Origin: Squalus acanthias
Taxonomy: Eukaryota
Direction of reading: 5' to 3'
Assembly (NCBI GenBank): GCA_030390025.1
Contig: CM059432.1
Coordinates: 58,592,001 to 58,656,000 of the forward strand
DNA: 64,000 nt
The notes beneath the pieces are model-generated. The model saw only the letters and a list, made by a program, of their open reading frames with translations. It did no database searches and was not told the origin of the DNA. A program made the position numbers and the translations under genes. Positions 1 to 12,770 of the stretch are shown piece by piece. Numbering within the stretch: the stretch's first letter is position 1; each line of letters opens with the position of its first letter.

Positions 1-79
1 AACCGCCGTCAATCATTGCGAATTTAACCTCTGACCCACCTCCAATCCCACCCTCTTGAGCACCAGCAAAATTCCGGCC
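1..79. mobile_element. Right end of a Harbinger-type non-autonomous element cut by the window edge
   Basis: Ends in CAAAATTCCGGCC, matching the reverse complement of the GGCCGGAATTTT-type TIRs seen elsewhere in the window. Confidence 0.4.
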
Positions 80-2609
80 TATGTATTCCTTTCTTTTCCC
101 AAGCTTGCAGTTTCTTATCATTTCCTAAATTTCTCATGTCTGGTGGTTTCAGAGTGATATAGAATGATAGAATGCTACAGCACAGAAGGTGGCCATTCGG
201 CCCATCGTGCCTGTGCAAAAAACACCAGACAAAATCTGAACAGGACTTTACTGACTTCATAGAATGACTTCTTGCTCTGAACATCTCTTAGCATAGGGAT
301 TGTGTTGCCGTGACAACAACTTTAGTTGTTGCAGGTTGGTTATCAATATCACAGTGATTGCCCCCTTCCCACCAAACTACATCCATATTTGAGAGCGCAA
401 AGTGCTGAGCATATTTCCTCGATCTAGTAGCATTAGCTCTGCTACTTTAGGAGTCCAGTGATGTAACTATATCAGGAAAAGGAAAGGTAATCAAACAAAT
501 GTGTACAGGGCAGAGGAGAGTTGTGGTTGTTGGAAATCCTCTATTAATATGCAAATCTCCAGGGTGTTTGGATGGTGACATGATTACAAACTACAGGCCT
601 TGATGCAATGGTTTGTAGAAGAAATAGCTGAATATATAGTTATTTTTTAATGTCTTAATTTAACTTTACCGCTAACTGAGTCACATTTTCATCTTGTAAA
701 AATGTAATACATTTTTTGTGGCCGATGTGTCCATTGGATCCTTTTCCTGGGTGCTGATTAAGTGCCCACCAATCACATTCTGCACAAAAGATCCATATTT
801 CAATGAAAATGCTATTGATCAGTGAATGGGAGTTTTGACAGAAGCTCAAGCAATTGGAATGTAGCTGTGAGGTCCAGAGGGATGGGACTCACCAGATTCC
901 ATTTTTCACAGTAATGCTGACGGCCCTAAGATGCCCCATCACTGACTCTGCCGAGCTTTCTGGTCTCCACCTTAATCTCAACTCTATGCTTCACTCTCTA
1001 CTTCAGTCTCGGGAATGTATCCATTCCTTGCCTCAATCTCATGTATGCCTCCATACCCGAGACATTGCTGCATCTGGAGTCATTCAATCGCACACTTGGT
1101 CCCAGACATTTCAGTTGCCAGTCAACACTAAACTGACCCCACTTCATCCCCACTCCACTCTCCATTCCCCTTTCAGCCTACACCTTACCTGAATGGCTCA
1201 TATCTCAGTCCCATGCACCATTCCCCACCCAACTGCCACATTCTTTTGCTCTGTGCTCTATTCCACACCAGACTATTCTGCTCCATGGTCTATGCCCTGA
1301 ATTTTTCACGAGTAATGTCACAATAGTTGCAACAAAATCACAAAAAAGATGCTCAATCCTCTGGCAAAATGATCCTCAGCGAGAATGGTTTTCTCAAAGA
1401 CAAGATTGTCATCAGTGGCCTTCTCTTTAAATTATTGAACAAAATACAGGAAGAAAAAGGAGAGAAACCTGCTTTTTAAACCAATCATTCAGTAAAATGA
1501 GGGAGTAATCAGATTATGGATCCTTATTAAAACTATCTAAAAAATGTTTCTGTTAAGAAAGGTGACACTATCCCACTGATGACAGTAAATGACCATTCAA
1601 GATTTCAAGTTTCCTTCAGTGATTTTCAATGTTTTCTCTCATTGTTTGTTTTCAGATTTGTTGTTTGCACTTTGGATCTTGTGCATTCTGAACCTTTTTT
1701 GTAACTTTAATCCTATATTAGTGCATTCTATATAAGTAAAGGTCACTTTCCATTACTTGCTGATCAGCTAACCAGAAAACGTGCTCAGTGGAATTTCCAG
1801 GGCTCAAGCTCAAATTTAGTCATGTGGCATAACATTCATATCAATAACTGGACAAAGATGAAAGCATCAAAAACAAATGTACACAGACCACATACTTGTT
1901 ACAAAATGTAACTAGGGTATACTCTTGTGCTTTTATTTAATAAAGCTTCTGGCATAGCTTTACAGAAACAGTAAAAAAAAAACATTGAAACATTGACAAG
2001 AATGGCTAATGTACATTGATACAATACAGTTGGTAGCAGAGGCAAGCTAAATCATGCACGACAAAAAAGCACTTACACACAAAGATGACAAAACCATTGA
2101 TGGAGAACAAGGGGCAAGACACCTACATAGGATTCATGTTGAAGAAACACTGCAACTTACATGAACTTCCTACTAATAATAGCAAATAACCAAGGGATGA
2201 CAGATATGTTAAATTAACTCTTCTTTTTTGTGTTCATATAGAGCATTGGCGGTCTTCCCAGTGTGGGAATTGAATTTCTGGCAGGAGGGGGAGATGACAC
2301 CAAATTGGTGAAGGGGTCAAACAATAAGGTAAGGGCAAGCTAACTACAAAGGGATCTCAATAGATTTTAAAAATGGGTTGGTGAATGACATTTAATGAAG
2401 ACAAGATACTGAGACCAAAGAAGAGAAATAAATCGTAGGAATATAAAGTATATGGCTCTAGGCTAAAAAACATAGGAAAGGGATCTGAGGGTAATAGGGA
2501 ATAGTTCACTGAAACCAATAGTGCAGTGTACAGTAGCAGTAAGGAAAGCTAACCAGAACTCAGGGGATATAGCTAGAGGGATTGAGCATATACCCCAGAA
2601 GGTGATAAT

Positions 2610-3260
2610 GGGGTAGATTTTAACTCCCACCGCCTGGTTTCTGCCAGGCGAGAGGCCAGTTAAAATGGAATGGGGGTCTTACCCACTGTTTTCCAACCCT
2701 GATCTAGCCGACTCCAATTTAACATTGCAGGCAGCAAGGACACCCGCCACAAGCTGGATAGGATTCACTTTATACATGCAGATTGGGCTCCGATGTTGCC
2801 ATCGTGGCCCGATTTGCCTTTTTAACCTGATGTCTAAGCAGGGAAGTAGTGGTGGTTTTCCCTGCCAGGTAAAATCTGCCGGGAACAGCAGCCAGGACTA
2901 GAAGAGGCCCAGAAAGGTGGGTTTCAATTTTTTTTATAGGTTTCCATGTAGTCCAGGAGGAGAAGGAGTGCTGCTCCTGGCCCCACAAGGAAATCTTGGG
3001 CCTCCCCTGCCCCGGGCTTCCCTTCTGAAACACTTAACTTATGTCAGGGGACCGTTCCCCTGGGTCATGTTCCAGCCACCTAATTTTAACAGCTGGCCAG
3101 CCACTTCCCTCCAACTTCACGGCCATTTTGGTCAGGAAGTCAGCAAGCAGCATGTTAACGAGGTCCGGCCGTTAAATTCACCAAGCCTTCCTGCTGCCGC
3201 TCCCGAAAGGGCCAGTCACTTACTTTGCCATGTTCCCACCCAGGAGTTAAAATCGAGCCC
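2610..3260. mobile_element. Harbinger-type non-autonomous element (MITE) inserted in CR1
   Basis: TIRs GGGGTAGATTTTAACTCC / GGAGTTAAAATCGAGCCC (16/18); CR1 sequence resumes on both sides. Confidence 0.8.
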
Positions 3261-3296
3261 ATTAATGAGTCTGGACAAAGCACTGGTATAACCGTA

Positions 3297-3770
3297 CCAG
3301 GAATAAGGTGTACAATTTCGGTCATTGTACTGCAGCAAGGATATATAGGCATTAGAGGCAGTGTAGAAAACACTGATATCGAGCTTAACCACACTTAGAG
3401 TACTGTCCACAGCTCTGGTCTACATATTACAAAAAGGATGCAGAAGGAAAGCTTAAACCTCTCCTGCTTCGGGCTCCCCATTCCCTGATTGCGAGGCACT
3501 CCCAAAACCACTTCCCTGCGATTTACCTGAGTGCCAGGGATTGTTTCTTTGGTTCTCAGCAGTGGCCTATTGCCACCCATCAATCATTACACACCCTACT
3601 CCCGGCAAGCTGCAACTTCCCACCGAAAAATAATAAAATAACCCCACCAGGAATAAGGTGTATAATTTTGGTCACTGTACTACAGCAAGGATATATAGGC
3701 ATTAGAGACAGTGTAGAAAACACTGATATCGAGCTTAACCACACTCTGGTCTACATATTACAAAAAGGAT
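3297..3770 (+). repeat. Direct duplication (3297-3440 and 3647-3770) flanking a ~205-bp MITE fragment
   Basis: CCAGGAATAAGGTGTA...GATATCGAGCTTAACCACACT...CAAAAAGGATG occurs twice with few mismatches. Confidence 0.85.
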
Positions 3771-4114
3771 GTAGTAGCACTGGAGAAAGTGTAAAGAAGA
3801 TTTACAAGGGTGATACCAGGACTGAGAGGATACAACTATCAGGAAAGACTGAACAGGCTGAGACTTTTTTCTGTACAAAATTACAATGTGAATTCTCCAC
3901 CCACCACAGATATATTCATTTCATTCTTTAGCGATTCCAATCACACCACAAGCTAAAAGCCCTCCAGCATTTCCTGTTCGAGAGCTCTCATCATTTCCAC
4001 CTTTGCCCAAGTCATCTTGCCTTCTCATGAACCACAAGTGTACGTCCAATAATGAACCTTTCTCCTGATAGATGGAGCAGTTTATCCTTCATTTCAAAGA
4101 TGCCCACAATATCA

Positions 4115-4496
4115 AAGGTGACCTGATAGACGTCTTTAAAATTATGAAGGGATTCGATAGGGTAGACATAGAGAAGATGTTTCCACTTGTGGGTATTCCA
4201 AAGTCATAAGATAGTCATTAATAAATCCAATAAGGAATTCAGGAGAAACTTCTTTACTCAGAGAGTGGTGAGAATGTGGAACTCATTACCACATGGAGTG
4301 GTTGAGGTGAATAGTATAAATGCACTTAAGGGGTAGCTAGATAAGCACATTAGGAGAAGGGAATAGAAGGATATGTTGATAAGATGAGATGAAGTAAGGT
4401 GGGAGGATGTTCGTGTGGAGCATAAACACTGGCATAGACCTGTTGGGCCAAATGGACTGTTTCTGTGCTGTAAAATTCTACATATGTATTCTATGT
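4115..4496 (+). mobile_element. CR1 LINE 3' end
   Basis: GDLIDVFKIMKG.DRVD..KMFPL, RNFFTQRVVRMWNSLP motifs and a TTCTAT-like tail. Confidence 0.85.
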
Positions 4497-4584
4497 ATGT
4501 ACGTAATGCATGTAAGTTATGAGGAGAAGCTGAAGACCCCGAGATTGTTTACTCTGGGGGAAAGGTGTCTCAGGTGAGATCATA

Positions 4585-6827
4585 GGTAGTGATCATAATT
4601 CAGTTCGATTTAGCATAGTTATGGAAAGGACAAAGATAGACCAGGTGTAAAAGTTGTCGATTGGGGAAAGGCCAATTTTACTAAGCTGAGATGTGATTTA
4701 GCAAAAATGGACTGGAAACAGCTACTTGAAGGTAAATCAATGTCAAAGCAGTGGGGGACATTCAAGGAGGAGATAGTGAGGGTTCAGAGCAAATGTGTTC
4801 CCACAAAGAAAAAGGGTGGGACTCCCAAATCTAGTGCCCCCTGGATGTCAAGGAGCATACAGGGTAGGATAAGGAAAAAAAGGGAAGCTTTTGTCACATA
4901 CCGAGAGCTCAATACTACAGAAAGCCTAGAGGAGTATAGAAAGTGCAGGGGTGAAATAAAAAGGAAATTAGGAAAGCAAAGAGAGGGCATGAAAAAATAT
5001 TGGCAAGTAAAATCAAGGAAACCCAAAGATGTTTTATAAATACATAATGAGCAAGAGAATAACTAAGGAAAGAGTAGGGCCTATTAGAGACCAAAAAGGT
5101 AACCTATGTGTAGAGGTGGAAGACGTGGGTATGGTTCTTAATGAATAGTTTGCATCTGTCTTCACAGTAGAGAGGGACGATGCAGACATTGTAGTTAAGG
5201 AGGAGGAGTGTGAAATATTAGGTGGGATAAACAGAGAGAGAGAGGAAGCATTTAGAGGTTTAGCATCAGATAAGTAGATAAATCGCCAGGCCCGAATGAA
5301 ATGTATCCCAGGCTGTTAAGAGAGGCAAGGGAGGAAATAGTGGATGCTCTGACCATCATTTTCCAATCGTCTCTGGCTGCAGGCGTGGTGCCAGAGGACT
5401 GGAGGACTGCTAACATTGTTCCATTGTTTAAAAAAGGAGAAAGGGATAGACCGAATAATTACAGGCCAGTCAGCCTAACTCGGTGGTGGGAAAAGTATTG
5501 GAAGAAATTCTGAGGGACAGTATAAATCATCATTTAGAAAGTCACGGATTAATCAAGGACAGTCAGCATGGATTTGTAAAGGGGAGGTCATGTCTGATTA
5601 ACTTGATTGAATTTTTTGAGGAGATAACAAGGAGGGTCAATGAGGGTAGTGCATTTGATGTAGTCTACATGGATTTTAGCAAGGCCTTATGACAAGGTCC
5701 CACTTGGCAAGTTGGTCAAAAAAGTAAAAGCCAATGGGATCCAAGGGAAAGTGGCAAGTTGGATCCAAAATTGGCTCAGTTGCAGTAAGGAAAGGGTAAT
5801 GGTCGACGGGTGTTTTTGTGACTGGGAGACTGTTTCCAGTGGGGTTCCACAGCGTACAGTGCTAGGTCTCCTGCTTTATGTGGTATATATCAATGATTTA
5901 GACTTCAATGTAGGGGACATGATTAAGAAGCTTGCAGATGATACAAAAATTAGCCGTGTGGTTGATAGTGGGGGAGATAGCTGTAGACTTCAGGAAGATA
6001 TCAATGGACTGGTCAGGTGGGCAGAAAAGTGGCAAATGGAATTCAATCTGGAGAAGTGTGAGGTAATGCATTTGGGGAGGGCTAACAAGGCAAAGGAATA
6101 CACAATAAATGGTAGGATACTGAGGAATAGAGGGACCTTGGAGTGCATGTCCACAGATCCCTGAAGGTAGCAGGACAGGTAGGTGGTTAAGAAGGCATAC
6201 GGTATACTTTCCTTTATTAGTCAAGGCATAGAATATAAGAGCAGAGAGGTTATGCTTGAACTGTATAAAACACTAGTTAGGCCACAGCTAGAATACTGCG
6301 TACAGTTCTGGTCACATTACAGGAAAGATGTGATTGCACTAGAGAGGGTACAGAGGAGATTTACGAGGATGTTGCCAGGACTGGAGAATTTTAGCTATGA
6401 GAAAAGATTGGATAGGCTGGGGTTGTTTTCTTTGGAACAGAGGAGGCTGAGGGGAGACTTAATTGAGGTGTATAAAATTATGAGATAGAGTGGATAGGAA
6501 GCACCTATTTCCCTTAGCAGAGAGGTCAATAACCAGGGGCATAGATTTAAAGTAATTGGTAGAAGGGTTAAAGGGGAGTTGAGAAGAAATGTTTTCACCC
6601 TTTCAGGCAGTGGGGGTCTGGAAGGCATTGCCTGAAAGGGTGGTAGAGGCAGAAACCTTCATCACATTTAAAAAGTACTTGGATATGCAGTTGAAGTGCC
6701 ATAACCTGCAAAGCTACGGAGCAAGAGCTGGGAAGTGGCATTAGGCTGGATAGCTCTTTTTCGACCGGCACAGACACGATGGACCGAATGGCCTCCTTCT
6801 GTGCCGTAAATTTCTATGATTCTATGA
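4585..6827 (+). mobile_element. 5'-truncated CR1 LINE, ORF2 (RT) pseudogene
   Basis: ORF pieces 4707-6488: VPEDWRTANIVPLFKKG, NYRPVSLT, QHGFVKGRSCL, YMDFSKA, GVPQ, LADDTK, RPQLEYCVQFW; ends in (TTCTATGA)2 tail; multiple frameshifts. Confidence 0.95.
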
Positions 6828-7941
6828 TAATATGATCAAAGTTGCCACAAGCTTTAGAATAAAGGGCACAGGGGCTCAAGTTTAAAAGACGAGATGCACA
6901 GACAGTTTCGGTTTAATTATTTTATGCAGTAGTGAACGTGTGGAACAGACTGCTGACAGAGGCAGATAATGTGGAAAAACTGAAGGGAAAATTGGATAAT
7001 TTTAAGCAGTGGGCGATTGAACAGCAATTGTTTTTTGAGACCTGCCAGATGAACTGAAGAGTCTTTTCTGGCCCTGCATTTTCCTACGTTCGTAATGTTC
7101 TTTCAACTCAATGAAAATTCAAATGACTATTGTATACAGCGTATTATATGAATGAATATTATCATCAAATATTTTAATGAATATTTGTTTTGGGATATTC
7201 ACAAGGTGTATTTGTGTTCCTTCTAGTGGCTGATGCAGAACATCTTTGGAGGAGACTCGAGGAGCGATTTCCTGCCCACACTCTTAGCTACAAGTGAGAA
7301 ATATAGCAATGAAATGAATCCTTTTTAGTTGCCCGTAATGTGAACAGTCACTTTCACTTGTAATAACCTTAACTTAATCACCTGCTGTCCTTGGTAATGG
7401 TTCATGTAGCAATAAATTACCTTCCACATGCTATTAACAGTTCTTCATAACTTATCTAGCCTGTCAAACACACTATAATTTACATTGTCACACAATCACA
7501 TTACTGCCATTTCAAGCATTCTGTACAGTATCTGAACAGGGAAACTCTGCTGGACAATACCAACAGCATACTAATCTGCACTGAGAGGAATGAGTAGGCA
7601 ATTAATATAGGTGAAAACAATATTAGAAACTGATCTATGATTAAAACTGCTACAGTTTTATTTTTATTGGTAATTACTAACAATAAGCAGATCGATTTAG
7701 GCAAGTTGGTAGTTCAATGCATTGATGCTCGAATGCACTGCATCCCATCAAATGGTGGAAGATGGGTTAATGCCTGTAACTCACTATCTGGTGAATTCAC
7801 CATCTCAACTCTGAATGGTGTGGGCAGCAAACAGAAAGTGTGGAGCAAACTGGATGGCACGAGTGACCTAAAAGAAAAAATAAGACAAAACAGACTTACC
7901 ATTCAAAGTAATTCAAACTGCTGAAATCATAGAGTTACATT

Positions 7942-8819
7942 GGCTTCGTTATTAACTCCCAACTCCCCCCCCCCCATCCCATGATGGGCGGGAGAAGGCT
8001 GGCGGGGGGGGGGGGGGGGGGTGAATAAAAATTAAAAATTGGGGATTGCGTCCCCAACCCGCCTGCCACCATTTTTACAGAGGCAGGTTGTGTGCTACCT
8101 TGGAGAGGCGGGACACTTCATTATAAAATTTAAATCAGGCTCTCACATTGTAATTGAGAGCCTGATTTAATTTTAACAGCTGCTGGGCCCGGGAAACCCG
8201 GCAGCACAATGGAGGCACGAGCAGCCGGCTCCAGTGGGTTTGTGCTTTTTAGAGCAGGAGTGCTCCCCCCGGGCCCCTCAAGGAAGTCTTCGGCCTCCCT
8301 CTGCTGATCACGGCCTCTCTTCACTGCTGCAATCGACGACCCCCACCCCCACCAAGCTCCGATCCCAAACCCCGATCCCAAACCTCGATCTCAAACCCCG
8401 ATCCCAAACCTCCTGCCGGGCTCTGATCACCCGCCCCCAGGACCAAGCTCCGATCTCAAACCCCGATCCCAAGCTCCGATCCCAAACCCCGATCTCAAAC
8501 CCCGATCCCAAGCCCCGATCCCAAGCTCCAATCTCAAACCCCAATCTCTTCCTCCTGATTGCCAGGCTCTGACCCAATGCACTTCCCCCACCAAGCTCCA
8601 ATCTCTCCAGATTGCTGGGGACCAATGGGGATGGTCCCCGGGTGCAGCCTCCAGCCGCTGGTTTTCCCACCCGGCAGCTGGCAGGAAATGGAAGAAAGAA
8701 ATTATATTGAGGTCCTACCGTTAATATCGGCAGGACCTCCTCGTCCCGGCGCTTTGCGGTTTTCCCCTCCGCTACCATGCACCTCTGTACCCTCCCTGCC
8801 TCCCCTTAAATATTAGGGC
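7942..8819. mobile_element. Harbinger-type non-autonomous element with internal minisatellite
   Basis: Degenerate TIR-like ends; shares GGGAAACCCGGC, GAGCAGGAGTGCTCC and GGCAGGACCTC motifs with 11880-12770 and 44895-46190. Confidence 0.6.
8335..8605. repeat. Minisatellite of ~12-13-bp units (CCCCGATCYCAAA / AAGCTCCGATC)
   Basis: About 15 tandem variants visible; produces the spurious PISNPDPK ORF. Confidence 0.85.
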
Positions 8820-9142
8820 ATAGAGTGTACAGCACAGAAACAGGCCTTTTGGCCCAATTGGTCCAGGCCACCATTTATGCTCCACACGAGTCTCCTCCAA
8901 CCCCTCTTCATCTAACCCTATCAACATCTCCTTCTATTCCTTTCACCCTCATGTTTAACTAGCTTCCCCTTAAATGCATCTATACTAATTGCCTCAACTA
9001 CTCCTTGTAGCGAGTTCCACATTCTAACCACTCCCTGGGTAACGAAGTTTGTCCTGAATTCCCTATTGGATTTATTAGTGACTATCTTATAATTATGGCC
9101 CCTAATTTTGGACGCCCCCACAAATGGAAACATTTTCTCTGT
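8820..9142 (-). mobile_element. CR1 LINE 3' end
   Basis: Minus ORF MFPFVG.SKIRGHNYKIVTNKSNREFRTNFVTQGVVRMWNSL and CR1 3' UTR. Confidence 0.85.
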
Positions 9143-9160
9143 GTAAAGACAAAAGTTATA

Positions 9161-9672
9161 AGGGATGATTTCAACTCTCCTGATGGAAACCAGGCGGACA
9201 GGCAGTTAAATCACCTGTGGGACTCACCCGCTGACATCCCGCACTGAACTTGCTGGCTACGATTGTAATCTGCTCTTTGAGCAGGCAAGAAGGTCACCTG
9301 CCAGAAACTGGCGGGGTCCTTCTTTGAATATGCAGATCGGGCTCCGATGATGTCATTGGGGCCCAACTGCTATTTTAACTGTGGGCCTGAGCAGGGTTGG
9401 AGTTGTGGCTTTCCCTCCGGAAGAGGAGCTGGGGTCAGAAGGGGGGCCAAAAAAATGTAAGTTTTTTTATGTTTCGTGTTGAGCCAGGAGGAGAAGGAAA
9501 GCTTCGGCTCCCCATTTGCTAATTGTGAGGCCATCCCAAAACCCCTTCCCTATGATTTATTAGAGTGTCGGAGATCGTTTCTTTGGTCCCCAGCAGTGGC
9601 CTCTTGCCACCTATCATTGCTCTCCCTACTCCTGACCAGCTGCCACTTCCCACCGAAGAATAACAAAATAAT
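9161..9672. mobile_element. Truncated Harbinger-type MITE related to 2610-3260 and 3441-3646
   Basis: Starts GGGATGATTTCAACTC; shares the ATGCAGAT.GGGCTCCGATG block with 2775-2800; 9492-9672 aligns to 3441-3640. Confidence 0.6.
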
Positions 9673-9863
9673 TTGTTAAATAAATCGAGTTACACCAACA
9701 TGACAATGCCATTAACACACAGGGCCGATTTTCCTCTGCACTACACCATGTGCATGCTTATTTCAGGTGTGCCATGCAAAGGAAAAAGGGTCAGGGACAC
9801 GTTATGCTCGGTCTCCATCCTGTTTGTACTTCAAGTTGTGGGTCAGGCGGAAACAGGGACCTT

Positions 9864-10697
9864 GGGCTGGATTTTGATACTGGGGACGTGATGGAGGCGG
9901 GACTCCCACTTTTTGGGTTGTAGTCCCGCCTCCATCGACTTGTGGCCAACCCACTGCATTTTCACTTGATTGACCTTGTTGAGCCCGCCCAGCGAGCTCA
10001 GCAGGCCAATTAAGGGCCACCCGGCAACAGGTGACGTCACAGATTGACATTTCATCTGTCAAGAGCTTTTGACAGATGAAATATCAGGGTTTGACAGCTC
10101 TGTGAAGCTGTGAAACACTGACAATCTGTCTTCTAACTTGAGTCCTTCCTCTCAGGCTGAGTTAGAAATCATTCCAGCACAGAAAACAGAGGCTGCAGTT
10201 TTTGACAGCACCACGGCCATTCTGCTTTCTGTGCCGGTGAGATTTCTGACTCCTGAGACCTGAAGGGCTGACACCTGCAGGAGGAAGTTAAGGTAAGTAA
10301 AACTTTTTCCCACACTTTACACTTACCTTACACACTTACCTCTGCACACATGCACTCATCACTCACCTGCCCACTGGACATATCGACCCCTCCAACCCCT
10401 GCAGACCCACAGTCCGCCTCGCAAACTTGGCGTGGTTGGGAAGCCCACATTTCACGCATCAAAATAGGGATTAGGCAAAAAACTGCCTGTTAACTACCTG
10501 CTAACAGGCAGTTTATTGCCACTAATCCCCTTCCCGCCTCAGGGAGGCGGGTCCCAGCACAGGTCGGGTACCCGCCTCCAGCGAAACTGGCATGGAGGCG
10601 GGTTGGGGGTGGGATGGGTTCAGGACCCCTGAATCTGCAACTTTAACCCCCCACACGTCTCCAAACCCACCTCCACGGGTCAATGAAAATTCAGCCC
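9864..10697. mobile_element. Harbinger-type MITE (834 bp), TSD CTT
   Basis: CTT|GGGCTGGATTTT ... AAAATTCAGCCC|CTT; both termini match the 21073-21768 copy in opposite orientation. Confidence 0.9.
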
Positions 10698-10989
10698 CTT
10701 GTGTCTGAAATCTATTAGAATGCAAATTTAATTACAATGATCTGGAAATGACATCACTTGGAAATGCATATCCATTTTCTCTCTTTTGGTTGGTTGCAGG
10801 TCGCATGCAGGCTGCGTCCATATTAACTGGCCATTGTTTATTAAAGCGCTACATTTGATAATTTAAAGGGACAGGCAGCAATTTGAACAGAAAGTGGCCA
10901 TTTGATTTTGGGCCATTGTGGTGAGGCTGTTGCAATGGGGCTACACTGTGAGCAGAAGCTTTAATGGAGATCTGAGGTGTTCTTTGTTC

Positions 10990-11860
10990 CCACAATTCCT
11001 TTCAGAATCCCTTTGTAGAACGAGAAGGAGGAGAAGGAAAAGAAGCATGTTTTGATGCAAGGGGAGTGAGTCATCATCACAGGAGGAGGGCTCCTATTTG
11101 CCATTATCCTGCCAACCAAATATATTGGTCACAAAGATATCATCTGGACCTCAGAGGAGCAATGCCTTTAGAGGCTATGATTCATTGGGGGCAATGACAA
11201 ATTTGTGCAGTATAGTTGTAGGAGGACCTGCAGCCCATCTCTAGGGTAGGTACTGTGCTGGCAGTGGCAGTGAAGGTAACTTTTATCCTTGGCTTTTTTC
11301 AGGGGCCAGTGGGGACATCAGCAACATCAGTGATTCTGCAGCACTTTGCTGACTAAATCAAGTGACTGATGTCTTGTCTACCAGAGAAAACAACTACGTC
11401 ACTTTCCCCATGGACACCAGGGATCAACAGACCTGTGTCCTAAGTTTCCTTAGCATAGCGGTATTTCCAAAAGTACAGGGTGTCATTAAGAGCATCCATA
11501 TAGCCCTATATGCTCCTGCAGGCAGGACTTGCCCATACATGAACCCCACTCAATCAATGTGTAGCTTTTATGTGACCAATTGCACTGGATATTCCATATC
11601 AATGCCCAAGTCCCAGGCAGTAGCCATGATTCTTTCATTTTACCAGTCCACATGCCACCTTTATTTCGTGGAACCCAGCAAGAAAAGGGTTAGATCCTGG
11701 GCAAGCAAGGATACCCACTGCTCCTTTAGTTCATGAACTCTCTGTGACTTCCCTTCACCCAGCCGAGGACAGATACAACAAGGCACACGCCTCTGCCGGA
11801 TGCATCAAGCATACCATAAGCATGCTTAAGCAGCACTTCTAGTCAGCCAAAGTTTCCTGG
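10990..11860 (+). pseudogene. Heavily decayed Harbinger (HARBI1-like) nuclease
   Basis: ORF 11362-11736 MTDVLSTRENNYVTFP..AVFPKVQGVIKSIHIAL parallels [26 protein letters not shown] of the 38546 nuclease; GYP and TISMLKQHF remnants downstream. Confidence 0.75.
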
Positions 11861-11879
11861 ATCATTGTGGTCTATTGCG

Positions 11880-12770
11880 TTGGCGAGAAGCGGATCGGGG
11901 TGGGGCGGTTAAAGGCTTAATTATGGGGAACGCATCCCCAACACGCCACACACGCGCCCGCCGTAGCAGATATTGGGACTTCCGAGTGTCCCGCCAAGGA
12001 GAGGCAGGACACTTAATTAATATATTTAAATTGAGCACCCACAGTAAAATTGGGAGCCCAATTTAAAATTCACTGCTGCTGCACGGGTTTCCCAGGGGTC
12101 GGGAAATCCGACAATGAAAGGGAGGTGGGAGCTGCCGGTTCCACAAGGTAAGTGCCTGTTTCAGCACTCCTTGTGAGCCAGGAGGTGCAGGAGTGTTCCC
12201 CCCGGCCACTCAAGGAAGCCTTCAACCTCCCCTCTGTCAATGGCAGCCTCTCCCATCCTCTCAATTGTGACCTTCCCCCCCCCCCCCCAATTACAGCCTC
12301 GCTCTTCCCCCTCCCGATCGCCGACCTCTCCTCAGCCCCGATCGCTGACCGTCCCCCCTTCCGATTGCCAGGAACCGTCCCCAAGGGTCCCTGGCTGTGG
12401 TCTCCTGCTGCTGGTTTTCCCTTCTGGCTGTCAGCCAGGCTGTCAATTTGTCCGACAGCCATAGGGAAATGGAACAAAAGAATGATAATGAGGTCCTACC
12501 ATTAAGTTCGGCAGGACCTCTGCATCCCCGGCCTAGCCAGGTTCTTCAGCCGTGCCGGGAAACCCGGCAATGAAAGGGAGGCGGGCGCTGCCAGCTCCAC
12601 CAGGTAAGATCCTTTTTCAGCAATCCTTGTGGGCCAGGAGGAGCAGGAGTGCTCCCCCGACCCTCAAAGAAGCCTACGGCCTCCCCCTGCCTATGGTGGC
12701 CTCTCTCATCCTCCCAATCGCCGATTTCCCACCCCTGCCATTATCTCCTCTCTCTTCCCCCTCCCTGTAA
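11880..12770. mobile_element. Harbinger-type non-autonomous fragments with an internal ~230-bp duplication
   Basis: 12085-12320 resembles 12540-12770 (GGGAAA.CCG.CAATGAAAGGGAGG...AGGTAAG...GCCAGGAGG.GCAGGAGTG). Confidence 0.6.

Larger units (their letters stand above)
2340..3870 (+). mobile_element. Old, fragmented CR1 LINE (C-terminal ORF2 region), split by a MITE and a local duplication
   Basis: Decayed CR1 motifs (FNEDK, KANQ..GYIARGIE, KALV.P..E..VQF, KDI.ALE.V) with many stops and frameshifts. Confidence 0.65.

Noticed and set aside
7900..7920. 21-nt minus-strand micro-exon (TTTCAG|...|GTAAGT)
   Set aside because: Only 32 nt from the 7867 acceptor, too short for an intron; weak pyrimidine tract
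8234..8778. Repetitive ORFs or a CRISPR-like array
   Set aside because: Head-to-tail minisatellite without unique spacers, in a eukaryotic context
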